From NCBI GenBank assembly GCA_032718475.1, contig JAUCBJ010001138.1, positions 1-38,127 on the forward strand: a stretch of 38,127 bases of DNA, written 5' to 3'. The stretch is from Nemertoderma westbladi. Its lineage: Eukaryota > Animalia > Xenacoelomorpha. Shown one piece after another: positions 23,127-36,439 of the stretch. The position numbers and the translations under genes were made by a program. The number at the start of each line of letters is the position of its first letter. Position 1 is the first letter of the stretch. Under the pieces are notes generated by a model, which saw only the letters and a list, made by a program, of their open reading frames with translations, did not search any database and had not been told where the DNA came from.

Positions 23127-23956
23127 CTACTGTATATTATTTGCACTGTTTTCATATTCACAAATAGTCTCCAGAAACAAAATATCCGCAGCTGCATCCA
23201 CCATGCCATTAGGAGCCGGGGGAGGCAGCAGACCAGTAAGAGCCGAAACTTCAGCTTTTGTCTTAATTGTCTTCAGATAGATAAGATAGCGGTTTACTCG
23301 GATCAACTGGCGATTCTCCGCGATCAGCAGGTTCTGCGCCTCCAATGGTGAAATCAATGGTCCTGAGAGCGGGACCGTTTTTTTGCGATTGAGAAGAGTA
23401 GTCTGGGTTTCGAGGAGTGGAAGCCTGTTTAAAGTAGCCCCCTGGCGACTTCAGGCTCTGGCCCAAGTCCATCAGGATCTGGCCGTCCTCTTCATGGTCT
23501 GGTTGGTCATTACCCTGACTAGACGCGACCGGGATAGCTGCAACCGATGCGCCACTTTCTGCACCCGACTGTATTCCTTTCAGGATTTGCCCTTTGGACC
23601 CATGAACAATATCGTACAGTTTCAGGATGAAAACTTTCGGAGTTTTAGGCTCTGGTCCGCCGCCAGTCTCATGGTATTTTGCTGCGCGTGCGTAAACTTT
23701 CATGGAATCTTTCAGATTGTTTAGCTTCTTCTCGAGCCCATCGAGACTCTGTATTACATCGGGATTTTACCTTAAGTATGACTCCAAGATAGCTTCCCAC
23801 TTCTTAGATTTTGAATCTGCATTTATTCCTCTAGATTTGTCGAAACTGGCAATGAGATGAGTTGAGGTGAGTTTCATACAACTCGACCAGAGTGCAGCAA
23901 TCCTCGTCAGTCCAATTAGCTTCCCTAGTTTTAGCTTCTTTCGCTGCAGGGGCCAT
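23127..23956 (-). pseudogene. Harbinger Myb/SANT-like DNA-binding protein (frameshifted)
   Basis: ATG at 23956: MAPAAKEAKTREANWTDEDC..LVELY..K.KKWEAI..KLNNLK..HETGGG, typical of Harbinger ORF2. The C-terminus probably continues in ORF 23127-23357. Confidence 0.75.
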
Positions 23957-25765
23957 TTTCAAAAAATTAAGGGGGGGGAGGGCTTGCTAAAAATGTTTGT
24001 TGTATGATAGATGGTGCATTCAAATAATACTTTAAAGCACAGAGATTCCAGAGAACTGGGTTCTTGTGTAACTAAAGCAACTAACTACATAATGTCATTA
24101 TTAATTCCTCGTTTTTATATAATCATTGTTAATGTTGTTATGTTGCTATGCAACGTTAAGCAATTCCTTGCACTGTTAGCCTGGCTCTTTCCAGCGTTGC
24201 AATACTACTGTGGTTATTCTGAGTAATTCAGATAGCTAGTTTTTGTTAGCTAGTAAATTTTTTTTTAAATTATATTGTCTTGTAATTTTATTTGGAATAC
24301 AACACTTTACTTGGAAAGTCAAAATATTCTAGAATAAGTAAAAATATGTAACGTAAATATATTATATAGAATTATTTTTTAAATAGCTAGGTAGTATTTT
24401 GAAAAATAGTAGCTACCATAAAAAATTATATTGGATGAATGTAGTCTATATTCTAGAAAGAAATATTTAAAAATCAAAGACACTTTATAGCCAGTGGAAA
24501 GCAATGGCAATTGCAATTGCATGGGGGTGTCGACATGGCGAACTAGTAACGTTCTGAATTTTTAACTTAAATACCTACTTAGTTAAGAAAACTTAACTTT
24601 AGAATGAGCAACGCAATTTTACTTAAGTCTAAGTGCCTACTTAACTAAGTTGCAACTTAAGTAAAAAATAGACACTTAACTTAAGTCAACGTGTGCAACC
24701 CGGCCTTAGAGTTGATGGGAATCTGAAGCTTATTAAGGCAACAATGAATAGCGCAAATATCTTAAACTTCATGATGTTAAACTAACATTTAACTTAAACT
24801 TTATGTTATTATTATTATTATTATTAGGTTATGGCCTGGTTGCACACGTTGACTTAAGTTAAGTGTCTATTTTTTACTTAAGTTGCAACTTAGTTAAGTA
24901 GGCACTTAGACTTAAGTAAAATTGCGTTGCTCATTCGAAAGTTAAGTTTTCTTAACTAAGTAGGCACTTAGACCGGTACCGGTACTGAAGTTAAGAATTC
25001 AGAACGGTACTAGTTCGCCATGTCGACACCCCCATGCAATTGCTTTCCACTGGCTATAAAGTGTCTTTGATTTTTAAATATTTTGTTCTAGAACATAGAC
25101 TACATTCATCCAACATAATATTTTATGGTAGCTACTATTTTTCAAAATACTAGCTACCGTCAACAGGGGCAACATTGATAGTTTTCATCCTTTTTTTTGG
25201 CTGTGTGTAAAAATGTAATACAGTTAGTAACATTTTCAATAGCTTAATATACCAATGTACATGTTGGCTATATTCTTTAGTTAAATTTTTGGTTTCAAGT
25301 TGGTAACATTATATATTTTTTTTTTCTTAAAAAGTTATCAATGTTGCCCCATAGGTGGGGGCAACATTGATACCCTGAAGGATTGCTTTCAATTATCAAT
25401 TATATCATACATTGGGGCATCATTGATAACCTGACGAAGTTTTAAAAAAAGTCATTACGAGTTACACCATTAAAAACGAGATTAAAACCACTATACAGTA
25501 TGATTATATAATGTAATTTGAACCTATGTTAGCTTCGTAAGAGTTATCTATTTATGGTAATATTACTCAGCGATATTGTAGGTAATATTTGTAAGTAGGC
25601 CTCCTATATTATTTTTAATTATATACAGTTTAAATTGCCAATATCGGTAATTGCCAGCAAATTAATAACAACCTGCAACAACAAACCAATTAATCCAACA
25701 TATGACATAAGGTTAGTAATACTGTAATATTAAGTTCTGGTTTGTTATAAAAAATTTAAAGAAAG

Positions 25766-27544
25766 TTAATCTTCATCACAACAATATTGTGTGGCTGAGT
25801 TACATCCAGCACGTCTCACACAGACATCGTGGAACCACTTTTCACACGAATCACAATCTTGCCAGCTGAATACTTTCTTCCCACCAGGAGGGTTAAACAT
25901 ACAACAAATATGGCAGTCGTTCTCATCTACAGCTTCTTGTGGCGAATTACATTTACGCTTTCTTTGTCCTTCCATAGTTGAAGTCGCGGGGTCTGTGGCT
26001 GGGGCTATTCCAACATTGGTTGCAGATGAAGTCGTGGGGTCTGTGGCTGGGGCTATTCCAATATTGGTTGCAGATGAAGTCGTGGGGTCTGTGGCTGGGG
26101 CTATTCCAACATTGGTTGTAGATGAAGTCGTGGCAATATCTGAGCTGGTGGGTTCAGTGGCTATGTTGGTTATAGGAACTTCTACATCTCTAAAGATAGC
26201 TGGTCCTAACGCTTGCCCTGGTTCAACTGTGACCTTCTTTCCTCGCTTATTACTACGTTTAGCTGCTGGTTTCCCGATGCAGTGCCGCTCCAGGATGTCT
26301 ACTACGGCCTGGTTTAGCAAACCTTCCACCTCTCCAGGGCCTGGTGCACCACTTGCCACCCTTCTCCGAGGAATATGACTCAGAGCTTTCTGCTTATTAT
26401 TGGGATATAACCCACTGCCTTTAAACCCAGCGACTAGGAGATGTGGCTTATCAGCCACACTCAGACATAACCTCTTGAGGAGCGCTGGGTATTGGTTCTT
26501 TGGTATTGTCCCGCGAGACCGACTCTCCCGCCTCCAAGTATTTAAAATATCACGCCAAACTCTCTTGAGTGTTCGGAAGCAACCAACGTCTAGGGGTTGC
26601 ATGATATGGGATGCATTCGGTGGCAATGCAACGAACTTGATGTTATTCTCCCCACATGCAAGAATCACCTTCAGAGAGAAGTGACTTCCTAAATTGTCAC
26701 CTACTAACACCTTAACACCAGGAAGTGTTTGACAATGTGGTAAGAAGATGTTAAAGAACCACAGTTCGAAACAGCGCTGGTCAAACCACCCACTTAGAGT
26801 ACAAGTATAGCTTGCCCCTTCTGGCCCATTGATGCGCCACTCCTCATACATGTTTTGTGCCTTGTACACAACTTCAGGTGGCAACATTAAACCATTCGCG
26901 TTGCCACAGAACATCAGACTGGTGCATTGCTTTGAATGGTCTATAATTCTCTCAACACGTCGTAAACCTCGTTGTGTAATAACATGTACAGCACCGGGAT
27001 CGTCCCTAGTATTAGTCTCATCATAATTGAAGACGTTCTCAGGGGGAATGTTTTCAATGATCTTCGACCAGTTATCAAAAAATCCGTTGACTACCTCCTC
27101 AGTTACACCCGCCCGAACCCGTTTAACGTTGTCTGCAATCCAACGTGTAAGTTTATGACGTTTCATAAAATTCTTTAACCAGTCATTACCTGGTGTATTG
27201 TCTTTAAAAATCCCGTTGGTCTCGCCTTTTCGGTTTAAGTAATCTCAGATCATCTCCTTTATATCGATAGGGCATAAAGGGAATTTCCACTCCGTCACCT
27301 CCTTAATGACTCTCACAACATCCTTTTCCTCCTTATCCGTTAGTGCTGTTGGTGCACCAACTTTCCCATCTTTATGTCTGTGGACATGGTTCCAAAGTGT
27401 TCCGTAAGGAATCTTATGGATTTCAGAAGCTTTCTTGACCGATGTCCCCTTCGAAATAGCTTTAATTGCTGCTTCCATACTCTCTGGAGTATAATTTTGA
27501 TAACAGCGTTTTCCTGGCTTCCGGCGTGTGTATGTCCGCACCAT
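25766..27544 (-). CDS. pogo transposase (HTH_psq, CENP-B HTH, DD35D, C-terminal PHD-like finger), with one in-frame TGA at 27245-27247
   Basis: ORFs 27245-27544 and 25766-27166 are in the same frame. Catalytic motifs are NYDET, GDN..SH and QPLD (35 residues between the last two D); the C-terminus is CHIC..WQDCDSCEKWFHDVC. Confidence 0.88.
25979..26131 (-). repeat. 48-bp in-frame tandem repeat x3 in the pogo transposase linker
   Basis: Encodes TTSS(T/A)TN(V/I)GIAPATDP three times. Confidence 0.9.
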
Positions 27545-28753
27545 GTTTAAACAACAGAGAAGTTACCAGTATTGCAAGTGATATGGCCTTGTATTACAGT
27601 AGTACTTTATTATTATTAATATAATTACAGTTATTATATATAGTTATGTAGTTATTCGAGTCCGCTGGTCGCTACAGACAGACAGACAGACATATTTATG
27701 TATTTAAGCAGATCAGTATACTAATACTGTAAATACATAAGCAGAATATGTGTAACATTAAGGGCTATGTAAGCACGTTAAAAGCATATGATTTTAAAAA
27801 TGAAAAATTGTATCAATGTTACCCAACCCAATCAATGTTGCCCCGGTTGACGGTATTTAAAATTTATTTTTATATTTTATTTACGGTACATTTTTTTTGC
27901 TTATTCTAGAATATTTTGTCTTTCCAAGTAAAGTTTTGTATTCCAAATAAAATTGCAAGGCAATATAATTGTAAAAAATTTTACTAGCTAACAAAAACTA
28001 CTGTAGCTAACTGAATTACTCAGATGAACCACAGTATATGAGTATAGAGTATTAGAGGCTGCCTTCGATTATTTCGAATTAAATTGTTAGCTACAGGCGT
28101 TTAACTTAAGTTTGCACCGTGCAGTTATTCTTCCACTTTATAGCGATTTGTTGGAAAATTGATGGAAAACTGGCCGCACAAAGATTCCAAATATGTAGTA
28201 ACACTATATGAACTTAGTTGAAAATTATTGGCTACAGATGAAATTATTAGCTGCAGATGAACTAAAGGTTATAGAAATGGTGATACAATACATAATAAGT
28301 TCCGAATATGAACCTTTGTATATTATTCTCGAATATATTTATTTTCTAATATAACTATTTATATTAAGAGTGAATCAATATGGGGTCGAGTTGGGTGAAG
28401 CTTTTGTTATTAAGTCAGAATCAAAGGTGTCTGATACTTTGGATATAGCAGGATCAAACATTTAAATATCGTCATTATTAGTATTACTAAATCGTAAGAT
28501 TTCTACGTTGCAAAAAATTCAAAAAAATGTTGTATGATGTAGCAATTTAAGAAAAGCAAAATGCACATTCTGTGAAATGTAGAACGGACTTGAGCGGGGA
28601 TGGGGTAAGGTGTCACAAATGATAATGAATGATGATGACTGTAATTATTAATGTAATTACCGGTATATTGAAGTAAAACAACCAAACTTAAACCTGCCTC
28701 TTCAGCTTAATAAGTTTGTATATCATTAAAAACATTCTAGAATAACTATTTAA

Positions 28754-28976
28754 AGGCCATGATACACCACAGGAGCAGCGAGCGGCAGAGGCGGGCGGCC
28801 GATGTGAGCGGCGACTTTTAGTATGATACACTATAGGAGCGGCGAGCGGCGAGCGGCAGCAGCCATTTGTGGTGTATCATCACCCATAGAAAATAATGTG
28901 TTCTATTTTAAAAAGTGGCCGCTTGCCGCGGCCGCTCGCCGCTGCCACTCGCCGCTCCTGTGGTGTATCATGGCCT
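28754..28976. mobile_element. MITE, PIF/Harbinger-type (223 bp)
   Basis: Perfect 23-bp TIR AGGCCATGATACACCACAGGAGC with TAA on both flanks; internal GAGCGGC repeats. Confidence 0.88.
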
Positions 28977-31149
28977 TAACTGATAATGGTCGCAGGTAAG
29001 GGATGACTTTCACAATTGCGGCTCGCTACTGTAAACACACTTTAGTAGTAACATTCACCTATAAATACACAAATTCCACATTCATGCCACAATTCGCACA
29101 ATTTGGGGCCATTTGTCCGTTAGTCGAATGCCTTCCAGAATGTCACGTTGTTGTTGTGTATCCTTAGATACTATACACTATGAATTCTATTCAACGAGGC
29201 TTTCTATTGTTCTCTGACTGTATTTTAATTCTAGCATGGGCGTTGCCAAGGTGAATATTTAAAAATGATATGATTACTATAAATGGCTGTTTAGTCTCAT
29301 CTGCGTAGGAAAAAGATGAAAAAAAAAGTAACCAGTACTTTTCAGTTAGAACACAAAATTTTTAATTCATTTATACGACGCTATAAATTCACATTTTCAA
29401 AAAACCCCAATTGCGTAAAATACAAGTTTCAAATAATAAATTGACAAAATTGACATATTTCATAATTTGGTGCTGGCACCAAAATTTGGCACCCGCCGAA
29501 AAAACAAGTTTGAAATTTCTAAATCAATTTATATGAATTCCATCCAATTGCTAACACCAAAAAACCGGTATAAATCAAAAATAGAGATGTTACAAATCAT
29601 ATTCAATGAAATGTAATTTTCAAAAAACGTTTCAAAAAAAGTGCCAAAAGTAGGGTTACAAAATGGTGCTATAACTCGAAAACAACCCCATATTTTTGAA
29701 AACGGTTTTCACTAATAGGAAGACAATAGATTTTTAGGAAAAGTCGTAAAATTTCAGATTCCTAACTGCGTTTGTTTCAGAATTATAACAAAAAAAACCA
29801 CGGGGGAGGTCACATTGACCCAATAATTAAATAATGACTGATTATATCAGATTATAGGAATTATTTTTCTTTACCATATCGCTGAAGTTAAGCAATAGGT
29901 TCAGCATTTATAAAGACCTAATTGGTGTATAACAGGCCTACAAGTTTATAAATCTGATTGAATTGAATTGATGATATATATATACCCATAGCGGGTTTAA
30001 TCAATATTGAAACAGATGTTATTATTTCTAAGTTCAGAAGTCTCAGTGGAGTTACTCCTAATGAAGTTACTTGACACTAAATAAGAATAATTTCTACTTA
30101 TCTTTTATCTTTTAACTTAAGTTACTTATCACTACTAAATTACTTAAGTATATACAACGGGTTGAGATTATTCAATCTCTAAATAAACAACAAACAAAGT
30201 TACACGTACAATTTTAGGGGTAATTTTACAAGACTGTTACTAACCAGAACATCGAATTTCTGGTTCTTTACGGGTGGTGTACTACGGAATTTTGAAACTA
30301 ATAAAGTAGTATGCAACAATTCGCGTTGTCCAGATAAAGAAATGCCACCGTCTGATGGCTTATAGTCTACACTATAAACAGACGTACCCGGAGTGTCCTG
30401 TACGAACCTATTAACCACTTTACAACACAAAAATACTGCATACACACTTAATTAAATTTCAGGAAAGTGTCGTACTCTAAACCCTAGATTAGATACTAAC
30501 ACTTGTACAACATATAACTCGCAGTGAAATATACTTGAACAGCTTAAAGAACCACAGCATCTGCCGGAGTGACCAGAGTATTTAGTCTTACTTACTTTGA
30601 TGCTAAAGAAATCACCAGTCGACCTACACCAAGCAGTCCTGAAGTAGTACTGGGGTTAATTTAACTATTACGGTATGTACAACTCGCAAAATTACTATAG
30701 GAATAAACTTATGGACATGAATGTTGTACATTACTTTCATAAACTCTGAATAAAAAGTATTACACTAGCTACCCTTACAGATTATTTAAATAAAACACAA
30801 ACCAAAACACTGACAGACTACCACTAAATTTAAAATAAACTACAGTTTTTTCAGTTTCAGTTTTCAGTTTTTACAGTTTCCGAAATTGTTAGTTAGTATG
30901 CGTTCCAGACTACTTATCCCAGACTACTCGTTCCAGACTACGTACAACTTATTCTTTAGTGGAGGATTTACCTTACAAACATGGAAGCCTCCACTTCCTA
31001 ACTAGCATTCATCAGACAAATAACCCACAACACTGCAATTCACCTCAAACCCGACAACTACTACTACTAGGATCGGCATGCTGCATTGCAGCTGCATTTT
31101 TAAGAATGCGGTGCCGGCTTGTTGACAAAATTGCACTGCCACAACCCCC

Positions 31150-32430
31150 TATCACCCATGACATTTGCTAGATCATCCGCATCTTCAAGGCCAGTGTCCT
31201 TTAAGATGCGTCTCAAGAAAATCATGGGCCACCATGCTTAATCACTCCATGAGGCTGCCAAAGTACAAGATTATGCACTGGCTGGTCCTCACGGCGAAAG
31301 CAATGTCCTGCAAAGCGGAGGCAATTTTGTTCTAGTATCAAGCTTAGGGGAACCAATGAGACACCTCCAATGTTATATAGTGTCTGGTTGGAGATGTGTG
31401 CATTGTACTTGACACAATGAACTCGGCATAGCATTTTTGTGAATGTGCCATCCAGAGATTTGGTGTCCTCAGCAGTTAGAGCCCAGCATGTACTCCCTCC
31501 CTATTCAAGGCTGCCCATGCTTTTCCCTTACGTATTCGAAGGTCCTCACCTGACTTCCGAATCCATGATCCCAGGTAACAGAAGAAAATTTTGGTCTTTC
31601 TGGAGTTAATAAAAAGACCAACCCTAGAAGCAGCATGTTCTAATGAGCTGAGGAGCCATTGGGCTCCCTCTAGTGACTCTGCGAGTACTCCTAAGTCATC
31701 AGCAAAGTCTAGATCAGTTAGGTACTTGGCAGGATTTCCTCGACTTATGGAGCCAGTAGGTGGAGTTATCATCAACCCATCATTATGATCTATTTTATGA
31801 TCTATTATGACCCATTATGATGATCTAAGGACATGCGTAGATCATAGTCAACCACAATTATGAGCAAGAATGGTGCAAATGTGTCTCCCTGGAGGACGCC
31901 CCATAACACTTCAAATGGTTCTGTGTCACCATCAATAGTAGACACAAATGTTGTCGAACCATCGTATACTGATGCTGCAATAATTTCATCATGAATCCCA
32001 TATAATGAAAGTATGCTGAACATACGTGAGCGAGAGACTGAATCAAAGGCCTTGAAGAAGTCAACAAAGATAACAGCCAGGTGCCTGTCTTTCTTTTTTG
32101 ATAACTCTTCAATTATCCTTCTAAGTGCCAAAATGGGCTCCATGGTCCCACGACCTTTACGGAACCCATTCTGATTTCCACGGAGCAGTCTCTCAATGGG
32201 ATCCCTGATGCGATTTAATAGAATTCTATTGTTTAGCTTTGCAGCAATCGAGATCAATGAGATTCCCCGAAAAGAACCATAGAGTGTTAGTTTGCCTTTC
32301 TTGGGAACTGGCACCAACTTATTTGTTTTCATTTCTTGTGGGACTCTTGTTGTTCGGTACATGTCTACTATGATGGGATAGATGAGCTTTAAACACTCAG
32401 GTATTTTAAAGACCTCAGGGGGACACCATC
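31150..32430 (-). mobile_element. RTE-clade non-LTR retrotransposon RT fragment (same family as 7100-7800)
   Basis: Motifs PVPKKG..RGISL, NQNGFRKGR, FVDF.KAFDSV, GVLQGDT.AP, DLDFADD and LRFAGHC.R. Confidence 0.88.
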
Positions 32431-35049
32431 TATCTGTAACAATAACATAGTGATATAAAATGCATGCCAGACATGTTCCCAGGAAGTATTGGAGTCTGTT
32501 ATACTTTAGGTGAACTATGTACTAACCAACCGACATATAAACACAGTAGGATGCAGTTGAAATATGTACAATAATTGATGATTTTCTGCCGATTACCAAT
32601 TGTTTTCAGTTGCCATGCAACAGAGACAGACCTACTTGGTCAGGACTAAATGGTCTGAACTTAGCAATCTTCGAGGTACTTGACCCCAAATGGATTTTAT
32701 TTGACTTTCATGGTAACTGCATTTCACATGAAACATTTCAGAAGGTCATATCCCCCCAATCAAATTAAGCTTTTTCTATAAATCTTTATCATATTGCTTT
32801 AAATTTGTAACACAACTATTTCAAATCATCGTGGTTGTTACCATGAAGACGGAATTTTCAATTTTATAAGTGTTTTAAAAAAGGCTTTTGTAAAATTGCA
32901 CCCTCTGAATCGTGGTCATTCTTCACATTAGTCTTAATTCTTTTCACATGAATAGAAAGCTTGCATTGCAAGGATTCCAAATATAACAGTGTTTGAATTT
33001 CGTCGAGAAACAGCTGAGATATAGGCGTTTAAATATTGCAAGAATTATCGTTCGCTGTATATAGGCCATTTATTCTATTTAATAAAAACACAAAATTCTA
33101 GCACGTTTTATTAATTTTATTTATTTGTATGGAATTAATTTCGCACAACCAAATCGCCAGGACGACATTAAACTTTATATTGCAATGTGACATTATTTCT
33201 CAATATGTCCCTACGCCATAGGCCTACATTTACTATGTATTTCCAGTAGACCTATATCCAGTATTCGAATACACACTCGAACTATTTCAAAATAGGTCAG
33301 AAACGAACCAAAAGCGGCCTTTACATTTACAGTATAACTCATAAAATCCACTACGCTACTTTGGTACGAGATGAAAAGGTGTTTAATTTACATGTCATGC
33401 TTTTGATGACAAGGTTGTTCTAGAAAGTTTAAGTGCATAATTACAAATAATTCCCCACAAATAAATAAAATTAGATTCGCCATTGTTCATAATTAGCAGC
33501 TTAAGCTTCTACGGCCCTCGTTTTGTTATGTTAAATAAGGAAGCACTTTATTTCGCGCCGGCTGAGTATTTCCACGAACGAGCGTAAGCGAGTCAGTGAA
33601 ATATGAAACGAGTATGAAAGTGAAATACAGGTACTTTATTTAAATCGAATACAGTATGTCATTATATTTCAAGTTTTAAAGTTTATTATTTATGAAAAAT
33701 CATATATTATTATTTTAACAACAAAACTTATGAGATAGTTCAATTGAAAATCAGTGAAAAAAGCGGTGATTTCCGCTTACTTTTTTTTTATCGAATAATA
33801 GTCCTTCATTTAAATAATAATATTCTTTTCCTAAAATTACACCATCCAAAAGACATCAATTCTATATTTAGGAACGACTATATTGCTATATCAATGAATT
33901 AGACACAACAATTACTGGGGGGGGGGGGGATAGTAATTTGGTGTTTGGTGGGTTTATGTATTTGGCTTGTAACTTTTGAAGATATGAATTGCACAGTTTC
34001 TGAGCATTCCAAAACAAAAAACAGATTGAAAATCGGTTAACAAATGGCGGAGAAAACGTGTTTCCCATTTTTTAATATGTTAAAAAAATAGTTTTGAGTG
34101 AAATCGCTTTAAAGTTCGGTTATAATAATTCAAACCTTCCCGCCATTTTTAGTAATATGGACTTTTTTCCATTTTCCCTTGTGTAGTATTTTTCGAATCA
34201 ATCTTTGGTGCCAATTTTGTACCTAATAAATGTAACAAACAAAAACAAATTGGCAACATAACAAAATAGATTTTAACAATATTTAGCAGGATGAAAGAAA
34301 GCCTTCGCGCAGCACGAGAAATTAAGTGAAGCCTTATTTATAGAACAAATATTACTTTTTTATTAGAATATTTAGAGTATTACACATATGACTAACATGA
34401 AACTTGAATTAAGAACAAAATAAGTAGTTCTGAAATCATTTACTAGAGGATAGATGTTGACTTTTTATTACTATTAAGAAAAGTTAACTTTTTATTACTA
34501 TATATTCGTATATATATTCGTATATTTATTTATATATAATTGTACTTTTTATTACTATTAAGTTTTCCCCACTATGGAATAAAACGCAATTTTTCATATT
34601 TTAGTTTTCACAATTTTTCACAATATTCACAAGTTTTCACTTAGAAAACAATTTTTCTGTTAGGGTTTTTCTGGATGGTGATTTAATTTCCAATGACAGT
34701 TTTTTCGTTTGATGGCAGCCAAACTGTATGTTTGGTTATCCGACTGTCAGTAATATTTTGACAGACTGACTGACAGACATCCACAAAGACAGACACGGCG
34801 TCGTCAAATGTAAAAAGAAATCTCTGACTAAGAAAACCCTTAGAACAGAAATTTTAGCTGGATTGCGTGCTTGCTTACATTTCGACAGACTGACCCCGAC
34901 AGACAGACAAATGTATAGACAGACATATAGCAGTCTAGATTCTGAAAAATATTAGAACTGACTCGGGAAATTAAGTTACCGAATTAAAACACGGTAACAA
35001 AAGTTATAGTTATAGTAGCTATAGTTATTAGTATATGGAGTGCTTTCTT

Positions 35050-35973
35050 TACGGAAGCCCATAAGGGTCACCCTTTCGCGTGTGCGTGTGCATTCCTAAA
35101 AAAATTGCTAAAGCTGTCTATGTGAGTGTTTACCTCTGTGTGTGAGTGTATAGCTCTGTGTGTGAGTGTTTACCTCTGTGTGTAAGTGTATACCTCTGTG
35201 TGTGAATGTATACCTCTGTGTGTGAGTGTATACCTCTGTGTGTGAGTGTATACCTCTGTGTGTGAGTGTATAGGCCCATAAGGGTCACCCTTTACGTGCC
35301 TGCACATAAATAAATTTTGATTATTGGAGGGTAATTTAAATATCTTGTTTTTACCTACTACTGAATTAACTGTACCGGTACCTACTGCAGTACTGACTTA
35401 TTGGATATTACTGTATTACACTAATACTATTACACTAATACAGACTAATACTGCAGTACCTGAGTCCTGTATGGAATCCAATAGGTCAGTCTGTCAGTAG
35501 GTATCAGTACTGCAGTAGGTACTGGTACAGTTAATTCAGTACAGCAATAAGAAGGCCCTGGTCGTAGGTAAAAACAAGATAGGCCTATTTAAATTACCCT
35601 CCAATAATCAAATTTCATTTGTTTGCACGCACGTAAAGGGTGACCCTTATGGGCCTATACATTCACACACAGAGGTATACACTCACACACAGAGGTATAC
35701 ACTCACACACAGAGGTATACACTCACACACAGAGCTATACACTCACACACAGAGGTAAACACTCACACAGACAGCTTTAGCCATTTTTTAGGAAAGAACA
35801 CGCACACGCGAAAGGGTGACCCTTTTGGGCCTATACACTCACACACAGAGCTATACACTCACACACAGAGGTATACACTCACACACAGAGGTAAACACTC
35901 ACATAGACAGCTTTAGCAATTTTTTAGGAAGGCACACGCACACGCGAAAGGGTGACCCTTATGGGCTTCCGTA
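35050..35973. mobile_element. Non-autonomous foldback DNA transposon, IS3EU-like (924 bp)
   Basis: Ends TACGGAAGCCCATAAGGGTCACC...GGTGACCCTTATGGGCTTCCGTA with a 6-bp direct repeat TTTCTT on both flanks (35044-49, 35974-79). Nearly the whole element is palindromic, with 20-bp TACCTCTGTGTGTGAGTGTA arrays. Confidence 0.8.
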
Positions 35974-36439
35974 TTTCTTAGACTACGTCAGGCAAACCGA
36001 CAGGTGCTTTATAATAATTTTGATCAGACAGACCGACATACAGTTAGAAAATCCGCCACAACTCAAGAAGTTAAATAGATATGGTCAAGCCGTTTTCAGA
36101 TTTAAAATCCTCATAAAACTCTGCTCTTGATGAAATTATAAAAAAAAATCAAATATTCAGGTGGGTTCAGTTTAGAAAGCTCGGAATATTTAAATTCGTC
36201 CGTTTTTCCTATGTTTCGCATAGCGAACAATTGGTAAAACATATAAATAAAAGTATATATTATATTTCTAATTTATTTATGTTTTGAACATATGGAAATA
36301 TAGGATAATTCACCATTTATAGACACAGAAAATAAATACTAGCAAAATTAATATGCCACCAACACAAACTTTGTGATTAACAATATAAGTTAGATCTAGA
36401 GTCTCGGCTACGGTTGATGTAATTCGTTGATCTTTGTCT

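Larger units (their letters stand above)
21423..24705 (+). mobile_element. PIF/Harbinger transposon, internally deleted (3283 bp)
   Basis: Perfect TIR GGCCGGGTTGCACACGTTGACTTAAGTTAAGT at both ends and TTA TSD (21420-22, 24706-08). It carries a DDE C-terminus and a convergent Myb/SANT ORF. Confidence 0.93.
25157..27853 (-). mobile_element. pogo-superfamily DNA transposon, full length (2697 bp)
   Basis: 23-bp TIR CCGTCAAC(A/C)GGGGCAACATTGAT, TA TSD (25155-56, 27854-55), subterminal GGGGCAACATTGATA repeats and a transposase ORF. Confidence 0.95.
24833..28036 (-). mobile_element. Second, inverted Harbinger end fragment (about 500 bp) split by the pogo insertion
   Basis: 24833-25156 plus 27854-28036 form the reverse complement of about 24206-24705, starting at the TIR GGCCTGGTTGCACACGTTGAC. 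Confidence 0.85.

Noticed and set aside
25791-26684. Plus-strand ORFs of 195 and 94 aa
   Set aside because: They are antisense shadows of the pogo transposase.
28050-28700. Decayed LINE RT on the minus strand
   Set aside because: Only vague motif resemblance; I could not reconstruct a frame.
30200-30445. 81-aa ORF as a gene
   Set aside because: No recognisable domain or consistent splice structure.
35816-36130. 104-aa ORF
   Set aside because: It arises from the 20-bp tandem repeats of the foldback element.
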